Below are positions 46,568 to 58,984 of a DNA stretch of 64,000 bases, piece by piece (the stretch's first letter is position 1; the number at the start of each line of letters is the position of its first letter). Under the pieces are notes generated by a model, which saw nothing but the letters and a program-made list of their open reading frames with translations, was not told where the DNA came from and made no database searches. The translations under genes were made by a program, and so were the position numbers. The DNA is from TPA_inf: Saccharomyces. Taxonomy: Eukaryota. The stretch is taken from the NCBI GenBank assembly GCA_000146045.2, contig BK006943.2:96001-160000 (forward strand). The letters run 5' to 3'.

Positions 46568-47291
46568 AATCAATGATTCCTGTAGATAAAATTGACAAAA
46601 GGCAGCGCACGCACTATTTCCCTTTAGCCAGCACAATTACTTATGCGTGTTGTTGTTTAGGGTTCGTAAATCTATATTGAAACGCAATTTATATTCTACT
46701 GTTTTCTTTTCGCACAAACAGAAAACCGCTGTCACATTATTGTATGACTGTTGATATCGGACCATCATTTTCGACACTTTCATTGAGGGGAAAAATGTTG
46801 GTGTCATTACGCTCTCTACTCATGTCTTTATGTAAGTATACGTTTACAAGATTATTTATATGCTATGACACTACGGGTTCTCAACTTGCAGCAAAACAAG
46901 AAGCAGTTAGCGGCACATTTCGGTGCAAAAACTTATCAGCAGTTTTTGCTGCCTCTCTTTCACTAATCTAACTTACTATGTACGGCCGATAGCAGTATAT
47001 TGTGCTTTTTACTGTCTTTTATTACTTTTGCTGTTGCTCTTGCTCTTGACTGTTCCCATCTTTGCTTCGGAAATTTCCCCATGCGCTGCAGGACAGAAAC
47101 ACAAGCATGATTGAAGCAATCGAATTGTGCAGTCGAGTTCAAAATTGGCAGAGAAGAAAAGAGGTGGAAATTGCAACACGAATCACCGCTTTACCACGCA
47201 AAGATATCTGGATTCTTGATATCAATCTTTTTCAAATATATTTTATTTATTTATCAAAAGGGCAAGAAAGAAAAAACGATTGATAATAAAA

Positions 47292-48701
47292 ATGGATAAT
47301 CAGCAGGAAAGTATATCTGAAGATATCACCGGTGATCTGGCCGCTGCTGTGAGAAAGTCATGGTCCGAGTCACAAGATAATCCATTACTGTTAAATTTTA
47401 ATAATTCTCCCATAGGTACTCCCACTGATAGGTACTCCCCTGAACCAGCAACGATGATGGAAGGAAATGCAATGAATCTTTCATCACTTGCGAGAGGGTC
47501 GACACAGCAGCAGCAAAGGCTTTATGGATCTTCTCAAACACGCGAAAAATCTGATCAACAGCAGCAGGATTATCAGCTGTTCAAACATCATTATTCTTTG
47601 GGACAGGAGACGAGAGAGTCTGTTTCAGATATCCTTAACGATTTGACTCTAGGATCTCCGGAACCAAGCGAAAGGGCATCACCAATAAGGCAACCATCGG
47701 TGGATGTTCCACCTTTAACTACAAGGCGTAGTTCTATACAGGACGTTCAGTGGATAAGACATTTACTGAACCCAAGAAGTTCGTTTTCCGGCGCATCTTC
47801 CAATGAACCAACCAACTCTCCTGGGGATTTTCTTAATCAGAGCAGGGCTTGGATAACAATACTGCACGATTCATCGGCAGAATCTTTACAGGCTGTCATC
47901 GTATTGGCCGAGTCATTGAAGAATGTCAATTCTCAGTATAATCTCTGGGTATTGCATTCCAGTGAAGTCAACGCCTTTCAATTGGCCCAGGTAGGAATCA
48001 AGACGCTGATAATAGATGAATATATCAATTTATTCATGAATTTCGGCACTGGCTCGGGATTTAGCGCAAGTTCGCAATCGACCGAAACCAAGGGCGAATT
48101 GAATTTTAAGTGGTGCAAGCTATTTCTTTTTTTTTCGTTAATTGATCGATTCGAATTGATTTGCTATTTATCCCCTACATGCCTGGTACTGCAAAATATT
48201 GATGAGCTTCTAGAGAGCACTGAAGTATCTGACGAGATTGATAACGAAACTTGTGTATTGTTATCGAATAAGGTAAATTATATAAATGAAGATCTCGTTA
48301 GCGTGAACCAAGACCAATCTTCCGCTGAAAATTATGATGACGATCCTCAAATTATTATACTGAAGCCGAACAGGGCAGTAGCAATGTGCATTAAGGAATA
48401 CTTTACTATTTACGGGAACGATTTTGAAGGTGAAAGTAAAAGGTCGATGTTTCATCAAATGAACGATTTACAGATTATGAAAGCATTGTTTGGCGATAAA
48501 TGGAGTTATATAGATAGCGTTGGATACTGTGCTGTTCCCATAGCTAGCGTGCCAGCGAATAGATTGAATTATAAGATAATCGAATTTAAAATCCTGAAAC
48601 CTTGGGAAAGACAAAACTACATTGCTGCCGGTCAACATCGAGAATCTATTATGAACAAGTGGCTAGATCTTTGGCGAGACTTTTTGAACCAAGCAAACTA
48701 A
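47292..48701 (+). CDS. IDS2: IME2-dependent signalling protein
   Basis: A second in-frame ATG (MDNQQESISE...) gives the expected 469 aa; an upstream ATG at 47280 would add only 4 codons. Confidence 0.8.
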   Translation: MDNQQESISEDITGDLAAAVRKSWSESQDNPLLLNFNNSPIGTPTDRYSPEPATMMEGNAMNLSSLARGSTQQQQRLYGSSQTREKSDQQQQDYQLFKHHYSLGQETRESVSDILNDLTLGSPEPSERASPIRQPSVDVPPLTTRRSSIQDVQWIRHLLNPRSSFSGASSNEPTNSPGDFLNQSRAWITILHDSSAESLQAVIVLAESLKNVNSQYNLWVLHSSEVNAFQLAQVGIKTLIIDEYINLFMNFGTGSGFSASSQSTETKGELNFKWCKLFLFFSLIDRFELICYLSPTCLVLQNIDELLESTEVSDEIDNETCVLLSNKVNYINEDLVSVNQDQSSAENYDDDPQIIILKPNRAVAMCIKEYFTIYGNDFEGESKRSMFHQMNDLQIMKALFGDKWSYIDSVGYCAVPIASVPANRLNYKIIEFKILKPWERQNYIAAGQHRESIMNKWLDLWRDFLNQAN

Positions 48702-49159
48702 ATAAGAATAGTACTGCTTTTCCGCAATTCTTCAATATTCATTAAAGGCGGTCCGGTACCCTCTTCATAGTTAATCCCATCATACTTATAATGTGTTTCA
48801 TTAAAATGCAGTTATAATAACAAAAAATTATATTTTTTTTTGCTGAAACATGCCGGTACACCGTATTTGTAATCACTTCCTTTTGTATACTACCACATAG
48901 TCATTATCCTTCTTTTTAATTCCTTTTTTTTTGGTTTCCTTTATCATCACTATATCTGAAAGTTCAAGGTTATTTTAGCACTTCTACATTCTCGGGTGTG
49001 GCTAGAATTGGGCGGAATGAAAAAAAAAAACTATGTCCATCGCTTTACTAATTAGTGATCGCACCAAGAAAAACGAGCTGTACATTGCAATTGTACCTCT
49101 TTTTTTTTTCCTACTTAGAATCCCAATCGTAATTAATTCACTAAATTAACATCCTTAAA

Positions 49160-50044
49160 ATGAAATTCGACAATGACAGTGAGAAGCAGGTTTTCGATAA
49201 GCTTAAAAAAGCGATTCCTGGTATTATCAAGGAAAAATGTGCAGGATACGATGAATTGTATGGTTACAAGTTGAATCCTGAAGGTCTTACACAAGAGGAG
49301 GTTGATAAATACTATGACGAAAAAATCGCCGATCGTCTAACCTACAAACTTTGCAAAGCCTATCAATTTGAATATAGCACCATTGTACAGAACCTGATCG
49401 ATATTTTGAATTGGAGGAGGGAATTCAACCCATTGAGTTGTGCCTACAAGGAAGTCCATAATACAGAATTGCAAAACGTTGGTATTTTGACATTCGATGC
49501 AAACGGCGACGCAAATAAAAAGGCTGTCACTTGGAACTTATACGGCCAACTGGTCAAAAAAAAAGAATTGTTTCAAAATGTGGATAAGTTTGTACGCTAC
49601 AGAATCGGGCTCATGGAAAAGGGTTTGAGCTTATTAGATTTCACCAGCTCCGACAACAACTATATGACCCAAGTCCACGATTATAAAGGCGTCTCCGTGT
49701 GGCGAATGGATTCTGACATTAAAAACTGTAGCAAGACGGTCATTGGAATCTTTCAAAAATACTATCCAGAACTGTTATATGCAAAGTATTTTGTTAATGT
49801 CCCCACCGTTTTCGGCTGGGTTTACGATTTAATCAAAAAGTTCGTTGACGAAACCACCAGAAAGAAGTTCGTGGTATTAACCGACGGCAGCAAGTTGGGT
49901 CAATACTTGAAGGATTGCCCATATGAAGGGTATGGCGGGAAAGATAAGAAGAACAATCTGACCAAGCAAAATGTCACAAATGTCCATCCAACAGAATACG
50001 GCCTTTACATTTTACAAAAACAAATCATCGAGGACGTTGAGTGA
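49160..50044 (+). CDS. SFH5: Sec14-family phosphatidylinositol transfer protein
   Basis: 294 aa with a CRAL-TRIO-like fold; fits YJL145W. Confidence 0.85.
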   Translation: MKFDNDSEKQVFDKLKKAIPGIIKEKCAGYDELYGYKLNPEGLTQEEVDKYYDEKIADRLTYKLCKAYQFEYSTIVQNLIDILNWRREFNPLSCAYKEVHNTELQNVGILTFDANGDANKKAVTWNLYGQLVKKKELFQNVDKFVRYRIGLMEKGLSLLDFTSSDNNYMTQVHDYKGVSVWRMDSDIKNCSKTVIGIFQKYYPELLYAKYFVNVPTVFGWVYDLIKKFVDETTRKKFVVLTDGSKLGQYLKDCPYEGYGGKDKKNNLTKQNVTNVHPTEYGLYILQKQIIEDVE

Positions 50045-50358
50045 TTTGTTGGCATGATCTAATAATAGTCTCTTATATAAACCCTATAATAATTTCTTAT
50101 TTTTGCCTTATATTCAGGTAAATCACCATCTAACTGTATTATCTCTCACGTATCTTCACTTATATGGCTCAGAAAACACCGTACGAAACGAAGGGGCTGC
50201 GAAAATGTTTCTAGAAGGTAATGGCAATAATAGGGATACAGATCGATCAGATCCGCCTATATAAAAGACAACGCACCGAAGGTGAACAAGATCGCAGATA
50301 AAGGTATTTACAAGGGAAAAAAGTCAGCAAAAACAAGAGATAAGATAACAAGAAGAAG

Positions 50359-50673
50359 ATGTTAAGGAGGGAAACTTCAACAATATACAGGACACACAAA
50401 AAAAGCAACAGTAGTATACTCAGGAGCCAGCGGGACCAGACTAGAGTGGATTCCTTGGTAGAGGAGTCTCCCATGGGCGATTTCGGGATCAATAACCAGC
50501 CTACACAGCCTGGCGTGATATACTACTTTGTAGAGCTGACTAATTTAGGCATACAGGAAAACACAAGCAGTAATAATAACAACAACAATAATCATGGTGA
50601 CGATGAAAACGGCAGTCGATACGGCCACGGCAGCAGTCTGGGTGGAGACGTTCACTCTCGCCGTTGTTCATGA
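50359..50673 (+). CDS. ROQ1: Hydrophilin and Ubr1 regulator
   Basis: 104 aa, highly hydrophilic with a poly-N tract; fits YJL144W. Confidence 0.75.
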   Translation: MLRRETSTIYRTHKKSNSSILRSQRDQTRVDSLVEESPMGDFGINNQPTQPGVIYYFVELTNLGIQENTSSNNNNNNNHGDDENGSRYGHGSSLGGDVHSRRCS

Positions 50674-51100
50674 ACTCCAGCATTATAAAGCATATCTAAC
50701 AATACCATTCGGGTTATACTGAATAGCCCACGCACGGGTTCGGGGTTGTAACGATTATATGCATTTCATAACATGCCACTGTCAGTGGCGCCACGGAAGG
50801 ATAGCGGGACTTTATCAAATCATTAATTTCTGTGCATAAAGTGTATAGTATATTCATATAGATATGTATATATATCATTGAATACAGAAATCTTCGGGTG
50901 TATACAACGAACATTCATCGGACGCCTTTTTTACTGCTATTGTTCAACAAAGTGGGTAACCCGGCATTCTTGCGCCAAAGTTTCCATTTTTATGCCAAAT
51001 CCAGAGGATAAAAGCACTATTCTCATCAAAAGATGGAAAAGCTGTGAAAGAGTCAAGTTCAGAAGAAAGCGTTAAGAAAAATAGAGTACACGGGAGCGTT

Positions 51101-51577
51101 ATGTCAGCCGATCATTCGAGAGATCCATGTCCTATAGTCATACTAAATGATTTCGGTGGTGCTTTTGCCATGGGTGCCATTGGTGGTGTTGTTTGGCATG
51201 GGATTAAAGGTTTTAGAAATTCGCCATTAGGTGAGCGTGGTTCAGGAGCTATGAGCGCCATTAAAGCGCGTGCTCCCGTACTGGGTGGTAATTTTGGTGT
51301 GTGGGGTGGTTTATTTTCGACTTTTGATTGCGCTGTGAAGGCCGTTAGAAAGAGAGAGGACCCATGGAATGCTATCATTGCAGGGTTTTTCACTGGTGGC
51401 GCTTTAGCTGTAAGAGGTGGTTGGAGGCATACAAGGAACAGTTCGATCACGTGTGCTTGTTTGTTGGGTGTGATTGAAGGTGTGGGACTAATGTTTCAAA
51501 GATATGCTGCTTGGCAAGCCAAACCTATGGCTCCTCCTTTGCCCGAAGCACCTTCCTCTCAACCTCTGCAAGCTTAG
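51101..51577 (+). CDS. TIM17: Mitochondrial inner membrane translocase subunit
   Basis: Trimmed to [29 protein letters not shown]... (158 aa); a Tim17/Tim22/Tim23-family G-rich transmembrane core. Confidence 0.92.
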
Positions 51578-51966
51578 GCATGTAGACATTATATGAGCCA
51601 TTTTTTCATCGTTGTTGGAAGTACCCTTATTCGGCATGTTTTTTGTTACATAAATGACGTATCGCACTAGCCTCCTTTACGTTTTTACTTTATTTCAGCC
51701 TTTTATTTCAAGATTACCAACCATTTCTCTCAACCATGTACATATTATATATTGAAAAAGTACCATACTTCATCTCTGAAGAGAAAATATCAACAAGCCA
51801 AAAGCTAGTGCAGAAACTTTATAATGTTACTTTATTAATTGTAATGACTATACGTATAAGGAAAATTAAGAAAAGGCAAAATTCATATTTATTTAGTATA
51901 TCATTATGGCACCAAGCCGTAATAAAATGAAATGGGTAGTTAAGAAAAGTCAGACAAAATAACGAT

Positions 51967-54390
51967 TTATTCTTCGACAATGTGAAGTTTATTGAACGCG
52001 CTTGTTGGCCCTTCTTGAACAGAATGAGTAACAGCAAAATTATTGGAGATGTCGCCAGATGTATTCTCCTTCCTTTTACTGATAGCACCAATGTCGACGC
52101 TATCAGCACCACCAGTGGCAGAGCTAGGATTATAGACATAGTTGTGGCCTGCATTGTTACTAGAGTCGTTCGCACTTCCATATTCACTTTGCTGGCCTTT
52201 TGCATCGTCATGTTTTTCTGAAGGACCCGGTAAAGACGATCCTGGAGGAAACCACTCACCTGTAAACTCCTGCTTTGTTATGAAGGGGTGTAGCATAGCT
52301 TGTTGTGGTGTCCATCTTTCTAACGGGTTCAAATTTAGCACACCGCCTAAAAAGTGGATCAAACACTCCCTATTCTGCATTTCTTGGTCGATAAGTTCTT
52401 GGGAGTTCTGTATGCTTTTAGGATACCTGTAGTTTCTAATAATATCTGGTAACTTTCTCCACTTAAAATATTGTTTACTGGGCTTTTCCACTATATTGTA
52501 TTCTCTGCAAAACTCTTCAATAGTTTTCATACGATGCTTTTGTGTAGAAGAAGAACTTTCTTCTGGTGCCAATTTCTTCATAAATTTTCCAGAGTTTTTA
52601 CCCATATCTATCATCCACGATGGAGGATATCCAAGCGTGTCTATTATTCTTGTTAATTGGTTATATTCAGAAGCGCCTGGGAAGATCGGTATACCCAAAA
52701 ATAATTCAGCAACAATACAACCTAACGACCACATGTCAATACTGGTTGAATACGGTATACCCAGTATAATTTCAGGAGCACGATAAAACCTGGACTGGAT
52801 GTATGTATAAACGGTTCTTGCCTCTTCGCAAGATGAGCCAAAATCAATAATTTTCAATTCCGGCTTATCAGGTGCGCAGAGCAAGATATTCTCTGGCTTC
52901 AGATCGCAATGAATCAGTTTGCTTTCCTTCAAAACGCATAACGAATCCAGTATTTGAGTGGTGAATGTTCTGATAAGTTGTATAGAGAGCCCATGAAATT
53001 TGTTTTGTTTTAATAATTCGTACAAATTATTGCTTAGTAATTCAAACACTAAACATAAGTGGTTCTTGTGGACAAAGGAGTCATACATCCTTAAAAAATG
53101 ATGTTTATTAGTAGGGTCTATCTTTTGATTCAGTAGCTCTAAAATTTTAGCCTCCGTTATACTTTGAGTCAAATATTCTGTCCTCGATTTAACCACTTTT
53201 ACAGCCAATATCTCTTTCGTCAGCAAATTTTGACATTTGACCACTTGACCAAATGTACCTTGACCCAAAATGTCTAGCACAAGGTACTTTCTGTTCTGCT
53301 CTACACCCAAAACGTCATTTACATAAAGAATATAGTCACTGTTTATGTTGTCGAATCCGTTGTTACATTTCCCTTCACTGGGCTTCGTAAGTACTCTCTT
53401 GGGGTTTTTGGACGTTTGGTAGGTAAATTCTGGAGAACATAAAGAATATGTGGTAATCAGGCTTTTCGTGACACTGACTAGGGGAGATATCGTCTTGGAA
53501 TTGAGCGACGCACGTCTAAACTTTGGAGTAGCATTTAAGACAGGTTGAAGATCGTTTTTAGAGTTGCAAAGTTGCATCTGAGGAATGGACAATTTCTGAC
53601 CTTGTACTTCATCTCTTCGTAACTGCTTGAAAGGGGGTTGTAGTGGGGGACTTGTACTAGGAGGATATGCGCTAAGCCTCCTGTAAGGTGACATGACTGG
53701 TATGGAGTTTGTTCCTTGATTAGTATTTGAATTTAGGGAAGAAAAATTGGACGAATAATTAGTTGCAGCCAGACTCTGCCTTCTTTGGAAATCTTGACGA
53801 TCATAAAGGGAGGGAACAAATCTGGATCCAAATTGGGAAGGATGGATAGCGCCCTGCTGGTATACTTGCTGTTGTTGTTGTTGATAGCCAGAAGGATACT
53901 GGCCACTGCTATTTCCTGCCAAACTCGTATTAGAGCTGGTGTAAGCGGGATAACTATCGTACTGGAAAGGATTTGGGGCAGGTGCCCTGGCTGGAGGTAC
54001 AACGAGACTAGATTTACGTCGTCTGTACGCATCTAGACTTTCGTTACTGTTTAAGTCATCGTATTGAGGGGGATACACCAGGTTTTGTTGAGAATTAGTT
54101 ACTTTTTCCTCATTCCAAGGGTTAACAAAGCAAAATTGAGAATTCTGTTGTTGTTGTTGTTGCTGCTGCTGCTGCTGCTGGTGATGATTCTGATGCTGCT
54201 GCTGTGGAGACCTTTGAGAGCCTTGATTTACGTACGATGGATTCCATATACCTCTCCCCATATGGCTATTGTCTGGGCTTGCTCTACCCGAGCCCATACT
54301 AGCATCACTGTGGGTCACAAGGGTCGGGCTCAAGGAGTTATTCATGTTGCTATTGGAGCTGGACGAGTCGTTATTATTGGATGAGTTCAT
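51967..54390 (-). CDS. YAK1: DYRK-family dual-specificity protein kinase
   Basis: 807 aa with the kinase motifs [21 protein letters not shown] and YxY in the activation loop ([12 protein letters not shown]), plus N-terminal polyQ/polyN tracts. Confidence 0.92.
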
Positions 54391-54960
54391 GATTGCTCAA
54401 ATTAGCATGTGAAAAAAAGATAACGAAATTATGTTCCCTTGCACAATGGCTGTTGCTCTTCACCAAAATTCTTCTTTCGATATATTCCCAAATCTAATAG
54501 TGAGAAATTTGTGTAATACCCCCAGTAATGGCCCACCAATTGTTTCCTTATATCTGTTTAGCATTGCGACTCATTCATTGTTCAGCCCAGAAGGGGTAAA
54601 TCTGAGGAGGGGGCATTGCTTGCAATGGTTCAGAAGGGGCGGTTAGGGTTAATAAAGCCATCGCGCTATTTTGATATTTTTATTAGGCCTTTTATATTTT
54701 TTTTAGTTTTTTTCTCCAAATCCTAAATCCTTTTTAGGTGTCATTTACGTGCAACGCGACAATAGTGATATTGTCATTCTTCAAACTTTTTGCAAGGTAG
54801 CTATTAAACATACCTACACACATACGTACATGCTTAACGGTGAGACAAAAGTAAAGAAAGAGACTTGAATGGGTTGCTGCATCTTAATAAGTTGAGTTTG
54901 AGGGCGAAAGTACACAAATATTCATCCGTATTGAAAATATATATATAAGAATATAGAAAA

Positions 54961-55626
54961 ATGAATGTTTCTACATCAACCTTTCAAACAAGACGGAGAA
55001 GATTGAAGAAAGTGGAGGAAGAAGAAAATGCAGCTACTCTACAACTGGGCCAGGAATTCCAGCTGAAACAGATAAATCATCAGGGTGAAGAGGAGGAATT
55101 GATTGCCTTGAACCTAAGTGAAGCCAGGTTAGTAATCAAAGAAGCTCTTGTAGAACGTAGGAGAGCATTTAAAAGATCGCAAAAAAAACACAAGAAGAAG
55201 CATTTGAAGCACGAAAACGCCAATGATGAAACTACGGCAGTAGAGGATGAAGATGATGATCTGGATGAAGATGACGTCAACGCTGATGATGATGATTTTA
55301 TGCATTCTGAAACTAGGGAGAAGGAGTTGGAGTCTATCGACGTTCTGTTAGAACAGACAACGGGAGGAAATAATAAAGATTTGAAAAATACCATGCAGTA
55401 TTTAACAAATTTCTCCCGATTTAGAGACCAAGAAACCGTCGGGGCAGTTATACAGCTTCTGAAAAGCACTGGGTTACATCCTTTTGAAGTGGCGCAACTA
55501 GGTTCTTTGGCCTGTGACACAGCTGATGAAGCAAAGACTTTAATTCCAAGCTTAAACAATAAAATATCAGACGATGAGTTGGAAAGGATACTAAAGGAAT
55601 TGTCAAACCTAGAAACACTCTATTAA
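54961..55626 (+). CDS. RPB4: RNA polymerase II subunit B32
   Basis: 221 aa with an acidic central region; matches Rpb4. Confidence 0.9.
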   Translation: MNVSTSTFQTRRRRLKKVEEEENAATLQLGQEFQLKQINHQGEEEELIALNLSEARLVIKEALVERRRAFKRSQKKHKKKHLKHENANDETTAVEDEDDDLDEDDVNADDDDFMHSETREKELESIDVLLEQTTGGNNKDLKNTMQYLTNFSRFRDQETVGAVIQLLKSTGLHPFEVAQLGSLACDTADEAKTLIPSLNNKISDDELERILKELSNLETLY

Positions 55627-55712
55627 TAACTGTATGTATACGTGTGTGTAACTAGTAATGAATTTTCACCCTGTGGAAGTTAGGCCTATTTAACAGGAAA
55701 AAGGACAGGATT

Positions 55713-56999
55713 TTAAATCTCGTCTTGCTCTTCTTTTAAGAAATATTTGCCGCTACCGTTTTTCCACCATCTCATCAAACAACTATGTGGGGTTATATCT
55801 ATGACACTTTCATCATCGCTTTTGCATCTACACCTCTGATCGAGCCTAACAGCGTAAGATGCTGGACAGGTGCCAAACGGTGAGTGAAAATAGCCAAGTT
55901 CGTCAAAATGAATGATTTCGTCAGGTCTCAGCAGTAGGGAGACACCAATTGAATGTACAGGTGCGTCACCCCACCTTTCGTAGTAAAATCCGCCCTTGGC
56001 ATCTAAAGTTTCAAAAAAATGCTTATATTCGTCACTTCTGAAGAAATTCAAGTCGCCAATCTCAAAATTCGACCAAAAATGGCACAAATTGTAGTCAGAG
56101 TTTGCTTCAACAACGGGATAATGCTTACCAACTAGCCCTGAATCGGTCAAAAATGCATAGGCACTGTCCTCTTTACGTAAAATGGTCTCTTCGCTGGCCA
56201 CTAAATACTCCTCTACCGCGTCCCATAAGGTTGGTATGGTTTCTTCATATTCATATAATGATATGACAAATCCGTATTTTTTGCCCTTCAATCTCATAAC
56301 TCTGAACGGGTCATATGGGAAATCGCAATAATACTTGACATTGGGTTCCACCCTAAAGTAGTAATCATAGTTGTCCAGTATTGACTGCCGGAAAAAAAAA
56401 CCAGAATTAAACCGACACATATTTCTATATGACTTGGATCCCCCATATAAAACACCCTCATCCTCCATGACTCGAAGTCTTTCTTCAAAAAGTGTATCGT
56501 TAATCCATTGCGGCCGATTCCAATCTTCTGGTGGTATTAAAGCATATTGGGTCTTCCCACTCGCCATTGATGTTGTAGCTTCAATGAAGTCTTGATCGAA
56601 AGGAACGTCATTTAGAAAAGTCCAATCATAATGATACTTGTTGTTAAATCTGTCCTCTAATGATCTCATTGAATCCAATGCCCCTTCTAATTCTGAATTT
56701 CTCACCAGCATTAAAATTGTTGCATTTTCTCGTAGGTGAAAAGAATCAGAATCATTCTGTCTGGTATAATTTAAAGTGTAGTCGTCGTAGCTATTGCGGG
56801 AAAGTTTTACTTTAGGAAAATAGTTTCTTCTTCGACTTGTATCATATTGTTCTTTTACTCTTTGGGAAAGAGCAGTATACGTACTGTCAATCTTTTGGTA
56901 TTTTCGTATGAGGAATAACTCTTTGCCAAAAATATAGATCATAAAGGTCCATATTGGTAAGAATATGCCAACGATGTATAGCGAGCCTCCTTTTGCCAT
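55713..56999 (-). CDS. YUR1: Golgi alpha-1,2-mannosyltransferase (KTR family)
   Basis: 428 aa, a type II membrane protein with GT15/Ktr-family motifs (YYFRVEPNVKYYCD). Confidence 0.88.
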   Translation of the reverse strand: MAKGGSLYIVGIFLPIWTFMIYIFGKELFLIRKYQKIDSTYTALSQRVKEQYDTSRRRNYFPKVKLSRNSYDDYTLNYTRQNDSDSFHLRENATILMLVRNSELEGALDSMRSLEDRFNNKYHYDWTFLNDVPFDQDFIEATTSMASGKTQYALIPPEDWNRPQWINDTLFEERLRVMEDEGVLYGGSKSYRNMCRFNSGFFFRQSILDNYDYYFRVEPNVKYYCDFPYDPFRVMRLKGKKYGFVISLYEYEETIPTLWDAVEEYLVASEETILRKEDSAYAFLTDSGLVGKHYPVVEANSDYNLCHFWSNFEIGDLNFFRSDEYKHFFETLDAKGGFYYERWGDAPVHSIGVSLLLRPDEIIHFDELGYFHSPFGTCPASYAVRLDQRCRCKSDDESVIDITPHSCLMRWWKNGSGKYFLKEEQDEI

Positions 57000-57503
57000 T
57001 TTAACAATTTCTGATGATAAACTTCTTTAATTTTGATAGCGACTTCCAAGCATTAGATTTGGAGATGATATGAATAAGCAGTGACAGATTATTTCTGCAG
57101 ATGAAAAATAAAGAGGCGTAGTACTTTGTCTTTAACTTTCCTTTATTAAAAAAATGTATAGAAAATTTCCAAAGCGACCAGTAAAACAGCTAGTTACTCT
57201 TCACACACAAAGAAAAGAAGAAAATGAAGGGGAAAGTGGTTATGTGGCAGGTATAGCGAATAAAGAATTTAATTAAAGAATACATTTAAAGCAAATTTTC
57301 AACACAAAATATTGAAGGAATAATCAGAAAATTATTTAATTATTGTACATATTATATATTCAAATATTTATTATGAAATATCCCTAACAAAAAGACAATA
57401 AAAGGATAATCAATAATAAAAACAAATATGGGCAAAATAATATCATATAGGGGGTCAAGATAAGATAAAGGTAATATAGTTATGGATTTCTTCTCCTTAG
57501 AGA

Positions 57504-58691
57504 TTAGTTCAACAAGGTAGCAATGTCGGATGGCAATTCTTCAATTTGAGTGGAGTAGAACTTTTCTAGTTCTCTCATAGCGCCAACGTCTTCGTTAGTA
57601 ACAAAGTTGATGGCAACACCCTTTCTACCGAAACGACCACCTCTACCGATTCTGTGAATATAGTTTTCTTTGTTAGCTGGTAAGTCGTAGTTAATAACCA
57701 AAGAAACTTGTTGGACATCGATACCTCTAGCCAACAAATCAGTGGAGATCAAAATTCTGGAAGAACCACTTCTGAATTCCTTCATGATGGTGTCTCTTTC
57801 TTGTTGTGGTAAATCAGAATAGATGGCAGAAACGGTAAATTTGTCGTTTCTTAACTTAGTGGTCAATTCTTCGACCTTTCTTCTGGTGTTACAGAAGATG
57901 ACAGCTTGAGTAACGGAGATAGAGTCGTATAAATCGGTCAAACACTCGTATTTGTATTCTTCTTCTTCAACATTAACGTAGAATTGTTTGATACCTTCCA
58001 AAGTCAATTCATCCTTCTTAACCAAAATTCTAACTGGGTTTCTCATAAATTTGGTGGTAACTTCCAAGACGTCATTTGGCATGGTGGCGGACAATAGAAC
58101 AACTTGAGTGGTTGGTGGAAGTAAGGTGAAAATTTGGTAGATTTGTTCCTTGAAACCAGAAGACAACATTTCATCAGCTTCATCTAAGATGAACATCTTG
58201 ATCTTGTCAGTTCTGAATCTACGTCTTTGGATGTTGTCAAAAACACGACCTGGAGTACCAACGACGATTTGAGCATCTCTCAAACCTTCAGCGTCTTCAA
58301 CAAAGGAAGTACCACCGATACAAGCGTGGACCTTGATGTCCATGTGGAAAGCCAAAGCCATGACAACCTTTTGGATTTGCAAAGCCAATTCTCTAGTTGG
58401 AGCCAACATCAAAGCTTGAGGAGCCTTGACAGAGGTGTCAATTCTTTGCAAAGCAGCAATGGAGAAAGTACCGGTCTTACCAGTACCAGATTGAGCTTGA
58501 GCCAAGACATCGTGACCTTCAATAATAGGCATGATGGCACGTTGTTGAATGGCAGATGGTTCTTCGAAACCGTAACCGAAAACACCTCTTAACAAGTTTT
58601 CGTCCAATTCCATATCATCGAACTTGTAGACGACCTTGTCATAGTTGGTTTGAATTTGGGATTCTTCAATATCAGTAATACCTTCAGACAT
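57504..58691 (-). CDS. TIF2: Translation initiation factor eIF4A (DEAD-box helicase)
   Basis: Trimmed to [11 protein letters not shown]... (395 aa); carries the [15 protein letters not shown] and HRIGRGGR motifs. TIF1 and TIF2 are identical proteins. The locus is assigned by genomic context, being next to GLG2. Confidence 0.9.
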
Positions 58692-58899
58692 ATTGCAATT
58701 ACTATTTATTAGTTTCTTGTACACACCAGTCCTTTGTTTAGCGAACCTTTTTTTTTCCTACTATGTGTATTGGGATCTGCTGTTTCCTTCTCCTTGAGAT
58801 GAGATTTCTTTTATATATGATGCTGAAAAAAAAATAAAAAAATTTCGAAAAAAAGAAAAAGGTACGCAAAATCAACGCTTTCACCCGGCCTTTTGTATT

Positions 58900-58912
58900 C
58901 GTCTGATGTGAC
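58900..58912. promoter_or_regulatory. Abf1 consensus site (RTCRYN5ACG) in the TIF2 promoter
   Basis: The minus-strand sequence GTCACATCAGACG lies about 210 bp upstream of the TIF2 ATG. An adjacent CACCCGG at 58882-58888 resembles a Reb1 site. Confidence 0.5.
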
Positions 58913-58984
58913 GACTGTACAGCTAATGTATACTATGTAGTAGTTTAGTTGAATGATTGATAGCTAAGAGGTAGAGGGATGGCA

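Noticed and set aside
51819-52259. 146-aa ORF overlapping the 3' end of YAK1
   Set aside because: It corresponds to a dubious annotated ORF (YJL142C-like), is hydrophobic and low-complexity, and lies entirely inside YAK1 on the same strand in another frame.
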